A stretch of DNA of 64,000 bases from Spirochaetia bacterium (GTDB lineage Bacteria > Spirochaetota > Spirochaetia > SP-2023): positions 192,001 through 256,000 of the forward strand of contig CBDDCK010000004.1 in assembly GCA_965225855.1 (NCBI GenBank). Direction: 5' to 3'. The translations under genes and the position numbers were made by a program. The notes below the pieces were generated by a model that had not been told where the DNA came from, made no database searches, and was given only the letters and a program-made list of their open reading frames with translations. Below, one piece after another: positions 31,039 to 39,629 of this stretch (positions are counted from its first letter, which is position 1; every line of letters begins with the position of its first letter).

Positions 31039-31980
31039 ATGTCTGTTCGCTATGAAATTATTGACTCAGAATTTGAACAGTTGTTAGATACCTCTTGTTT
31101 TCCTCAAGTGATATCCCAAAATCATAAATGGACTGAAGGTCCTGTTTGGTTAGATAATGCCCTATATTTTAATGATATTCCCAATAAAAAAATGTTCAAA
31201 TGGTCGCAAAATTTAGGGGCGCAACAGGTGATTGGAGATACTGATTTTGCCAATGGCAATACCACCGATTTGCAAGGCAATATGATTTCTTGTGAACATG
31301 GTAAAAGAAGGGTAATTCGTCGCTTAAAGATCGAAGATGAAAATGCCATTGAAATAGTTGCCGATAGCTTTAAGGGTAAACGGTTAAATTCGCCCAATGA
31401 TGTCATCGTCAAATCCGATGGCACGGTTTGGTTTAGCGATCCTCCTTACGGGATAAATTCTGACGTAGAAGGCTATCTTGCCAAGAGTGAAATAGGAGGG
31501 TGCTTTGTCTTTAGAGTAGATATTGATGGTACGATTAGCGCAGTAGCTACCGATTTTGAAAAACCTAATGGCTTGGCTTTTTCACCCAATGAAAAACAGC
31601 TATATATCGCTGATTCTGGCGCTATTAAAGGGGCGAGCTTTCCAGAAATTGATTATAAATTGCCTCACCACATTAAAGTTTTTAATGTAGATGAATTAAA
31701 TAACTTGAGTGAACCTAGGCTATTGGTTGAAATTTATCCGGGTGTTCCCGATGGTCTTAGAGTAGATACAGAAGGATATATTTGGAGTTCTGCTTTAGAT
31801 GGTATCCATTGTTTGCAACCCAATGGCAATATTATCGGTAAGATACGATTGCCCGAACAAACTTCCAATTGTTGTTTTGGGGGTCGAGATGGTAATGATC
31901 TATTCATCACTTCATCTACTCGAGTTTACCGTGTAAAAACTAATCGCAAAGGGGCAGAGAGTTTGTTCCGTAAATTTTAA
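31039..31980 (+). CDS. SMP-30/gluconolactonase family protein
   Basis: WTEGPVW, LNSPND, PNGLAFSP, PDGLRVD. Confidence 0.92.
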   Translation: MSVRYEIIDSEFEQLLDTSCFPQVISQNHKWTEGPVWLDNALYFNDIPNKKMFKWSQNLGAQQVIGDTDFANGNTTDLQGNMISCEHGKRRVIRRLKIEDENAIEIVADSFKGKRLNSPNDVIVKSDGTVWFSDPPYGINSDVEGYLAKSEIGGCFVFRVDIDGTISAVATDFEKPNGLAFSPNEKQLYIADSGAIKGASFPEIDYKLPHHIKVFNVDELNNLSEPRLLVEIYPGVPDGLRVDTEGYIWSSALDGIHCLQPNGNIIGKIRLPEQTSNCCFGGRDGNDLFITSSTRVYRVKTNRKGAESLFRKF

Positions 31981-32046
31981 CTCCATACTGAGGTTCAAAG
32001 TTTTCACACAGCTTAAATGCCATTAATTTTTTAAAGAGATACCACG

Positions 32047-32500
32047 ATGCAAAGCTATATATACCGCAGCATAGCGGGGCTTATTTTTTGTTGGTCTTTG
32101 ATAGCCCTTGTGCTAACAGCCTGTGGTCCTGTTGAAAATATATAGGATCGATTCTAAAGAAACGCCTAAGACACCCGAAACACCATAAAACGCCTAAAGA
32201 AATTGTTTGCAAGGGCATTCGTATAACTATTACCGCAAAGCCCCAAAGTAAGGGCGAGCTGAAACTGTTAATAAAAGCAGCCATTGATAAAGACGGGCCT
32301 ACCGCCAACCTCAACTATATAGACACCTCTGCCATTACCGATATGTCCGAGCTATTCAAAGACAACATCAGATTCAATGGCGATATTTCCTGCTGGAATA
32401 CCTCCCGCGTTACCGATATGTCTTAATGTCTTACATGTTTAGTGCTGCCCATGCGTTTAACCAAGACCTAAGCCGTTGGGAGACCCGTTTAGTTACTTCA
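32047..32500 (+). pseudogene. DUF285/BspA-type surface lipoprotein remnant
   Basis: Signal peptide ...VLTAC; NLNYIDTSAITDMSELF..FNGDISCWNTSRVTDMS..MF..FNQDLSRW; frameshifts and stops. Confidence 0.85.
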
Positions 32501-32624
32501 TGTTCTGGTATTTTCAGGCATGCTAAGCAGCCATCATTGAGTAGGGCAAAGCAGCCTAGCTTTAGTAAGTGTAGCCCCTAGGTTAAGTTATAGCTTTAGG
32601 GAATAGATTGTAAAGGGGTCTATT

Positions 32625-32834
32625 ATGAACTTTTATATCACTGTTGAGAAAGATGGCGATGGTTATTTGGCAAAGGTAGAACAGCAGCAGCACTTGTTTG
32701 CCTTTGCCTATTCTGAAAGAGAAGCCGTATTAGAGTTAAAAAATGTGGTTGAAATGCTATTGGATTATCATCTTGAGCAAATAAATAATGAAAGAATCAT
32801 AAGAAATCAGCTTGTTTCTGCTGTAACAAAATAA
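32625..32834 (+). CDS. HicB-like small protein
   Basis: ITVEKDGDGYLAKV...FAFAYSEREAVLELKNVVEMLL. Confidence 0.55.
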   Translation: MNFYITVEKDGDGYLAKVEQQQHLFAFAYSEREAVLELKNVVEMLLDYHLEQINNERIIRNQLVSAVTK

Positions 32835-32845
32835 AGCCCAATCCC

Positions 32846-33010
32846 ATATAGCTTTAGCAACACACGCAAAGAGCTTGAGGAAAATACGGGAAGAGCTCGC
32901 TCTAAATACGGGAAGAGCTTGAGGAAAATACGGGAAGAGCTCGCCCTAAATACGGGAATAACTTGGGCGATATACGCAGATAGGTTTAAGCTAAAAGTAA
33001 AGACCTATAA
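32846..33010 (+). repeat. dispersed 22-bp-subunit element (copy 2)
   Basis: Same ends and periodicity as 16086-16250. Confidence 0.92.
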
Positions 33011-33078
33011 ACCGCCTTGCTTTCACAAGTTGGCAATAAATATTACAATTAGGGCACTCCAAATAAAAGAAGGCCAAC

Positions 33079-34266
33079 ATGAATAACGATCCAGAAACTT
33101 TCAAACGCAAGGCCTTAGAGCTGCATGAACGCTGTGGCGGCAAAATTGCCACGGCTATTAAAGTCCCCGTTCGCAATTTAGATGATTTAGCCTTGGCTTA
33201 TTCGCCCGGCGTGGCCGAGCCTTGCCGTAAAATTTCCCACAATCTGGCTGATGTTTTCCGCTACACCAACAAAGCCAATACGGTGGCTGTTGTATCGGAC
33301 GGCAGTGCTGTGCTGGGGCTGGGCCGTATTGGAGCGCATGCTGGGCTGCCCGTAATGGAAGGCAAAGCATTACTTTTTAAACATTTTGCCGGCATAGATG
33401 CCGTGCCTATCTGCCTGAATGTTGATTCTCCCCAGCAATTGGTGGATATTTGTTGCGCACTAGAGCCCAACTTTGGCGGCATCAATTTAGAAGATATTGC
33501 TTCACCTGCTTGCGTTATGGTCGAGCGGGCTTTGCAACAACGGCTTTCGATACCCGTTTTTCACGATGACCAGCACGGCACGGCTATTGTTTGTGCTGCC
33601 GCACTGACCAATGCGGCCAAACTTACGGGCCGAAAGCTCAGCGATATGCAATTAGTTATTTGTGGTATGGGTGCTGCGGGCACGGCTATTGCAAGGCTAT
33701 TAAAAACCATGGGCGTTGCCTGTATTTACGGCTATGATGCCCAAGGGGCTGTATCTAGTGCACGCAACTTTATAATAGAGGAACTACTGCTTGAGGGGGT
33801 TTTGGACGTTTCCAAACAGCGATCGGGGCTAGCTGATTTGCTCAAAGGTGCTGACGCTTTTATTGGCGTTTCGGTCGGTGGTGTGCTCAAGAAAGAAATG
33901 CTAGGCTACATGGCTAAAAAGCCAATTATTATGGCGATGGCCAATCCAGAGCCAGAGATCACCCCCGAGGAAGCCTTAGCGGCTGGCTGCGCCATCGTTG
34001 GTACCGGGCGAATGGACTACCCCAACCAAATAAATAATGTGTTGGCGTTTCCCGGCATTTTCTGTGGTGCACTCGAAGCTCAAAGAGAGCGCATTGCCCA
34101 AGGCTTGGCGACTCAAATTACTGATGCCATGAAACTAGCTGCGGTCAAGGCCTTGGCCAATATTTTAGGCGAACATGAACTACATGCCAAGCAGATACTG
34201 CCTGCTCCCACAGACCCGCGCGTGGTAGTGCAAATTTGCGATGCGGTGCGCCAAGCCTGCGTTTAG
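33079..34266 (+). CDS. NAD(P)-dependent malic enzyme
   Basis: LAYSPGVA, PVMEGKA, INLEDI, FHDDQHGT, NQINNVLAFPG. Confidence 0.94.
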   Translation: MNNDPETFKRKALELHERCGGKIATAIKVPVRNLDDLALAYSPGVAEPCRKISHNLADVFRYTNKANTVAVVSDGSAVLGLGRIGAHAGLPVMEGKALLFKHFAGIDAVPICLNVDSPQQLVDICCALEPNFGGINLEDIASPACVMVERALQQRLSIPVFHDDQHGTAIVCAAALTNAAKLTGRKLSDMQLVICGMGAAGTAIARLLKTMGVACIYGYDAQGAVSSARNFIIEELLLEGVLDVSKQRSGLADLLKGADAFIGVSVGGVLKKEMLGYMAKKPIIMAMANPEPEITPEEALAAGCAIVGTGRMDYPNQINNVLAFPGIFCGALEAQRERIAQGLATQITDAMKLAAVKALANILGEHELHAKQILPAPTDPRVVVQICDAVRQACV

Positions 34267-34290
34267 AAAATTGAGCTTTTGATGAATTTA

Positions 34291-35541
34291 CTATTTGGAT
34301 TTTTGCATGATAACAATATATTCATGGTTCATTGTGGTTGCTTTCTTTCCCGTTTGATTTGTAGGGCTATTTTTGCTTGGCATTCTTTTATTGGGTATAT
34401 TTCTAATAAAAATATTTTTATATTCAAAGCCATGTTCTTGAAATAAACATTTGGTTATTTCGTCTGTTGGCAATACCGTATCCTTTACTTTTCTATTGCC
34501 AACCACATAGCAAGCATATCCGCCTGGCTTAATTACATTGGCAACATTGGCAATAGATTTGCTATAATCTGCATAAAAACTATAAATTTCTTTGGCCCTT
34601 TTTTCGTCTTTGTGAGCAATCTCTTGGATAGTAGTATCTATAATATCAAGTCTTGTTGCTTGAATATTTTTCTTTTTGCCACCCAATAATTGGTTATCTA
34701 TTTGGTTGGCACGTTCCATGCCAAGCCACTGGTTGGACAAACGAGAGAATTGACCATAGGCAACTGTGGTCCTGCTATCCCCATAAGGTGGGGAGGTTAC
34801 CACTAAATCAATAGAGTTTTTATCTATTTCTTTGATATTTTCTGCGGAATTAAAATTATAAATATTTGCTGTAATGCCTTCTTTTGCCTTTTGATTATAG
34901 CTCTTTAGCCCGATTCGATTCCTAGCCAGTTTACTATTGATCATACCAAATACATCGGGACGAAATTTTTCCCTTTGTTGTTCTGGCATTCTATACAATT
35001 TAAATTCACTATTTCTGGTAAAAGAACTTTCTCTAATTGTTTCACTAAATGCTACCCAAAAAAATTTTTTAATTGGTTCATTTTGAATATTGTCTATAAA
35101 ATGTTTGATATTTGTCAGCTTATCTTTTATATCTTTGCGAAACCAAAAATCAATATTGTTGAAATGAACGGCAACGATATTCGGTTCTTTGGGAATGCCA
35201 TAGCTCAATGAAAATAAAAAATCGTTAAATTCTTTTAGGTACAAGTCCAGTATTTGTAGTTCTATTTTGGTTGTTTTTGCTTGCGCTATCAGTCTAGCCA
35301 TTGGGTTTAAGTCGGTTCCTATGGAATTAATACCCATTAAGCTTGCTTCCACAAGCGATGTTCCTGTGCCACAATATGGGTCAAAAAGTGTATTGGCTGC
35401 TTTACCGTATAAATCAATAAGCCTATGAGCTATTTGAGGTATCATCATTGCCGGATAATTGTGATAGCAATGGGTATATTGTTTGGTATCGGCGGTTTTA
35501 AAATCCCAAGTATTATCTACATATTTTTTACAGCTATTCAT
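34291..35541 (-). CDS. N4-cytosine DNA methyltransferase (MvaI-like)
   Basis: HNYPAMMIP, FDPYCGTGT (motif I), TSPPY (motif IV). Confidence 0.88.
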   Translation of the reverse strand: MNSCKKYVDNTWDFKTADTKQYTHCYHNYPAMMIPQIAHRLIDLYGKAANTLFDPYCGTGTSLVEASLMGINSIGTDLNPMARLIAQAKTTKIELQILDLYLKEFNDFLFSLSYGIPKEPNIVAVHFNNIDFWFRKDIKDKLTNIKHFIDNIQNEPIKKFFWVAFSETIRESSFTRNSEFKLYRMPEQQREKFRPDVFGMINSKLARNRIGLKSYNQKAKEGITANIYNFNSAENIKEIDKNSIDLVVTSPPYGDSRTTVAYGQFSRLSNQWLGMERANQIDNQLLGGKKKNIQATRLDIIDTTIQEIAHKDEKRAKEIYSFYADYSKSIANVANVIKPGGYACYVVGNRKVKDTVLPTDEITKCLFQEHGFEYKNIFIRNIPNKRMPSKNSPTNQTGKKATTMNHEYIVIMQKSK

Positions 35542-36223
35542 ACGGCAATATCTTCTATCTTGTGGAATAATAAAGGTAGTTTATCCTCGAATATTCTAAA
35601 GCCTGTTCCATGGTTTCTTGCCCTTGTTTCTTTGTCATGTAAGCGAAGATCAACCAATAAATTGCCAGTTTTAAATAGCTCAGCTAGTAAATCTTGATTT
35701 GTTTGCCTCATTAATTGAGCTCTATAAAAATGAAAATATTCTATACCAGCCCTTTCTTCTGTATGTACCGATACAAGTAGTAATGCCGGATTTTCTGTGC
35801 AAACCTTTGTGCAAGAACAGATAATGACCATATTGCTATAACTTGACCAGATATATGCTGAACAGATATTTGTGTTTTATCTACTTTTAAAAATAGACCT
35901 GCACTATTTGGTGTTAAAGACATCGTGTAATACATTCCAAGCCTTCCATTACTATCATTGCTACCATATCGCTTGATCGCTTCCAAAGGATTCATTTGCC
36001 ATGCTTTATTATTGAAAGTAAAAAGCGTAATCATACTATTAGAATTGTCTCTATGAGCTTTAATTTCAATATTATCAATATCAGGTAATGCTAGATTATT
36101 CTCGTCTATACCCATTAAAGTTTCTAATGTAAGTCCGATTCCCGTTGGACCTTTTCTAAGCGATCTTACAAAACCTTTGTTTTTTAATTCTCGAAATCTT
36201 TGGCTAAATTCTTGTAAATCCAT
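35538..36223 (-). pseudogene. MvaI/BcnI-family restriction endonuclease, 1-nt frameshift near 35790
   Basis: GPTGIGLTLE...NNLALPD..IEIKAHR...ITLF; second frame ...VDLRLH...RNHGTGFRI; ATGA overlap with MTase. Confidence 0.85.
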
Positions 36224-36328
36224 TTATTTCCTCATTATGTAATTAAGTTTAGAGTCAAGTTTACTTTTGTAATAGAATGTTTTTTATAAAGCAATCTTTA
36301 ACAATGTCTATCTTTTAGTGAGGCTAGT

Positions 36329-37150
36329 CTATTCAACTCCAAGTAGCGTTAGGAATTCTTCCGTAGATGAGGTATTGGTGATTTGGTATTTTTGCATTTC
36401 TTCTGTACTTAGAAAATGCATACTATTGGAGGGAACTGAACGCATGAAATCAAAAAATTTAGGGCTAATTCCCATTTTTTGGTAGGTATCTTTCATCAAA
36501 GCAATAGCGGGATTATTGTTGTTATAGTCGTTGTTATCTAAATGGGTAAAGTCGTGTATGCCCATTCGGGCACCAACTTCGGCATAGCGGAATTTACCCG
36601 CCATAAATATGTCTACTCCTGCCGACAATATTTCTGATTCTTTAGATGCCCAAGTACCGTAACCATACTCTCGTATCTGCTCCATGGCCTCTGCCATACT
36701 GTACATATCCACACCGCCTGTTATATTTAAAAGTCCAAGAACACGTACATCGGGAAAATTCTGCTGCAGCAATTGAATGGCAGTAGGAAGGGTAGAACCA
36801 AGATTGCCGACTAACACCGCTAATGTACTATCTCCTTCCATCGATAAATAAGAAATATTGATATCCGCAGTATCGGAATTTTCCACTTCATACATATCTA
36901 CCATAAACAGACCATCTTTAAATTGCATAATAAAATGGGGCGTTGATTCGTGTATATCATCTTGCTCTGGGATATTGATAACAACATAATTCTCTTTGGA
37001 AGTAACACTGACTTGTCCAATAGATAATTCCCTAGATAATTCCCTCATATCAAAGATAGCTACGATTTGCTCTGCGTTGTTTAGAGTAGAACAACTATGG
37101 AATATGGCTACCCATATAATAAAAAGTATGATGAGAAGATTTTTCTGCAT
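36329..37150 (-). CDS. lipoprotein with COG3904-like domain, related to 6881-8083
   Basis: Lipobox FHSC; LSAGVDIFMAG...MGIHDF...MHFLS.EE. Confidence 0.65.
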   Translation of the reverse strand: MQKNLLIILFIIWVAIFHSCSTLNNAEQIVAIFDMRELSRELSIGQVSVTSKENYVVINIPEQDDIHESTPHFIMQFKDGLFMVDMYEVENSDTADINISYLSMEGDSTLAVLVGNLGSTLPTAIQLLQQNFPDVRVLGLLNITGGVDMYSMAEAMEQIREYGYGTWASKESEILSAGVDIFMAGKFRYAEVGARMGIHDFTHLDNNDYNNNNPAIALMKDTYQKMGISPKFFDFMRSVPSNSMHFLSTEEMQKYQITNTSSTEEFLTLLGVE

Positions 37151-37272
37151 ACAGAGTCTCCTAAGCTTGTTGAAGTATGCCACTCACAATAAAGTGACAG
37201 CTTTTTATTTTTTCTTCATTGGGGCCGTATTCTAAGTAAAAAATGATCAAGAAACAATCCTAAGCTAGCATT

Positions 37273-38112
37273 ATGAATTCTATTTCCCTAAAGTATCTCT
37301 TACTTAGATTTAAATGGCGTATTTCGTTTACATCTTTATTAGTAATTTTAGAATCCGTTTTAGATATAATGTTCCCATTATTCATAGGTTATGCAATCAA
37401 TGATCTTTTGGCAGGCAAATATACTGGTATAATAAGAATTTTCCTATTGGGCATACTATTGTTAATCATTGGTACGGCCCGAAGGTTTTACGACACGAGA
37501 ATATATGCTGGAATTTACAGCCAAATTACTCCTGAAATAGTTGCATCTGAATATAGCAAAAATAGCTCAGTTTCCAAAATCACCGCCCGGTCATCTTTGT
37601 TGACCGAATTTGTAGAGTTTTTAGAAAACTCAATGCCAGAAGTCATAGGAGCTATTTTTTCTTTAATTGGAATTATTTCGATTATAGCAACACTCAATAT
37701 CCAGGTATTCTATGCCTGTATCGCTCTGTTATTTCTGATTTTTATAATTTATCTGGTAACAGGGAAATTTAATTTTCGTTTAAATGCTCAATACAATGAA
37801 CAATTAGAAAAACAAGTAGAAATATTGGAAAGCCGAAATAATATATTCATCAAAAATTACTTTAAAGACTTGATGAAATGGAATATAAAACTCTCTGATC
37901 TAGAAACTATCAATTACTTTATCATATGGATAGGTATCATTGCCTTAGTTGTATTCACCCCTATAACTGTTATTGAAAGTGGAATATTAGAATATGGTTT
38001 AGTATTTTCTACATTAATGTATGTGTTTGAATATATTAATAAAATATTAGCATTTCCATTCTACATTCAGCAATTGATTCGACTTAAAGAAATTTCTAAT
38101 AGACTAAAATAA
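37273..38112 (+). CDS. ABC-transporter six-TM-domain protein (no ATPase)
   Basis: FPLFIGYAINDLL, ARRFYDTRIY, EFVEFLE. Confidence 0.7.
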   Translation: MNSISLKYLLLRFKWRISFTSLLVILESVLDIMFPLFIGYAINDLLAGKYTGIIRIFLLGILLLIIGTARRFYDTRIYAGIYSQITPEIVASEYSKNSSVSKITARSSLLTEFVEFLENSMPEVIGAIFSLIGIISIIATLNIQVFYACIALLFLIFIIYLVTGKFNFRLNAQYNEQLEKQVEILESRNNIFIKNYFKDLMKWNIKLSDLETINYFIIWIGIIALVVFTPITVIESGILEYGLVFSTLMYVFEYINKILAFPFYIQQLIRLKEISNRLK

Positions 38113-38187
38113 GAATATTATTTGCATATTTAGATAATAGCTTTCTGTCTAAAAAGATGTAAATATCATATACCATAGGAGTATCGT

Positions 38188-39360
38188 ATGACAATTTATT
38201 TATCTATAGGAATGATTTTTACCATATTATTAGTTACTTATATTCTTATACGATGGGGCAATTTGCGCTTAGAAGGCTCCAAACCATTGGGCTTGTTTAC
38301 ATTTACTGCTGTTTTATTTACATCTGGTTTAGATGTAGGTTTAATTATGTTTCCTCTAACTGAATTTCCTGTATATGCAGACCTTGCCAATGCCGTAGAT
38401 TATGGTTTTACCAATCCTTTAGCTATAGAGTTTGGCTTTTGGGGGTTTCTAATTTGGGCTCTGTACTTTTTGACTACATTTTATTTTTGTGCAATTGAAC
38501 CCAAAGTATTATTTTTTGAGATTCCGCTTATTAAGTGGATTAACAATTTTGTGATTATCACAACTTGCGCTTTAACTGGTCATTTATTTTTAATCAATTT
38601 GCCTTGGTATTTGCCAATGGTGGGAGATGGAGAAACCATTGGGCCAGTATTCTACGCCATTGTATTTGGTACAATCGTATTGGCAACTTTATCTTCAACG
38701 CGTATGCGCTATGTGCGGATTTTATCGGTAGCTTCTGTTGCCCTATTTACTATACTAACGCTTGTTATGTGGTTTAGTTCTGGTATGGGCTTTGGCGGTA
38801 TGGTAGAAAATTTGGCCTTACTGGGAGACTACTTTGCCAAGTTAAATAAATTTATTTTGCCGTTTAATGACTATCATCAATTTTATTTATTTTGGTGGTT
38901 TTCTTGGTCTATCATGATAGGCCAATTTGTATCGCGTTTTTTAGGTGGGCTTTATACTTATCAGTTATTGCTGGCAATGTTGGTTATTCCATCTATTTCA
39001 TTGGCCATTTGGTTTTCTGTCCTGTACTACTACCATGTTCAAGAAATTAGTATTGTGCAGTTTAATATTGTGATGGCATTTGTAGGCACTTTATTTGTAA
39101 TCAATTCGCTAGATTCTTTGATCCGTTTATATACCGATAATATGAATTTTACTTTTAAACGCATAAGTAAAACAAAATATGGTGCTGTAAAATATATTGT
39201 AGGGAATGTTGCAGCATTGTGCACTTTAGGTTTATTATTTCATTACGGCTACTTAAGTGCTGAAATTGTAGGATCGATTGTCATAGCTATTTTCTTTATT
39301 TGCACTGTTTATATTTTAAAAAGCAAACGCAGAGAAATTCAAGATATTGGCACGAGATAG
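38188..39360 (+). CDS. BCCT-family (choline/betaine/carnitine) transporter, short type
   Basis: LFTSGLDVGLIMFP, FYLFWWFSWSIMIGQFVSRF. Confidence 0.82.
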   Translation: MTIYLSIGMIFTILLVTYILIRWGNLRLEGSKPLGLFTFTAVLFTSGLDVGLIMFPLTEFPVYADLANAVDYGFTNPLAIEFGFWGFLIWALYFLTTFYFCAIEPKVLFFEIPLIKWINNFVIITTCALTGHLFLINLPWYLPMVGDGETIGPVFYAIVFGTIVLATLSSTRMRYVRILSVASVALFTILTLVMWFSSGMGFGGMVENLALLGDYFAKLNKFILPFNDYHQFYLFWWFSWSIMIGQFVSRFLGGLYTYQLLLAMLVIPSISLAIWFSVLYYYHVQEISIVQFNIVMAFVGTLFVINSLDSLIRLYTDNMNFTFKRISKTKYGAVKYIVGNVAALCTLGLLFHYGYLSAEIVGSIVIAIFFICTVYILKSKRREIQDIGTR

Positions 39361-39428
39361 CCTTAAAGCATAAATTAAAGAGATTCACAAATTCTCACAA
39401 AAAATTATTCATTTTCTTGTTTAGTCGC

Positions 39429-39456
39429 TTGACAAAGTTTTGTTGATTCAAATAAT
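39429..39456 (+). promoter_or_regulatory. sigma70 promoter of leader/symporter transcript
   Basis: TTGACA-16 nt-AATAAT. Confidence 0.6.
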
Positions 39457-39464
39457 GTTAGAAT

Positions 39465-39521
39465 ATGATTACTTTACACCTTGCAAATTGTTGTTGCCAC
39501 TGTCTATCGATCAGGAGGTAG
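39465..39521 (+). CDS. Cys-rich attenuator leader peptide MITLHLANCCCHCLSIRR
   Basis: 18 codons with TGT TGT TGC CAC TGT, between promoter and terminator upstream of a cystine-type symporter. Confidence 0.8.
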   Translation: MITLHLANCCCHCLSIRR

Positions 39522-39566
39522 TTGCGTCTATGTGTATATAATGGCTGTATTTTCGTATTAACCAAT

Positions 39567-39603
39567 AAGGCTACCTTTATCAAGGTAGCCTTTTTTATTT
39601 TTT
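39567..39603 (+). terminator. attenuator terminator hairpin
   Basis: AAGGCTACCTT-TATC-AAGGTAGCCTT followed by T-rich tract, ~30 nt before the symporter ATG. Confidence 0.85.
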
Positions 39604-39629
39604 ATTCACTACAATTTTTAGGAGATATT

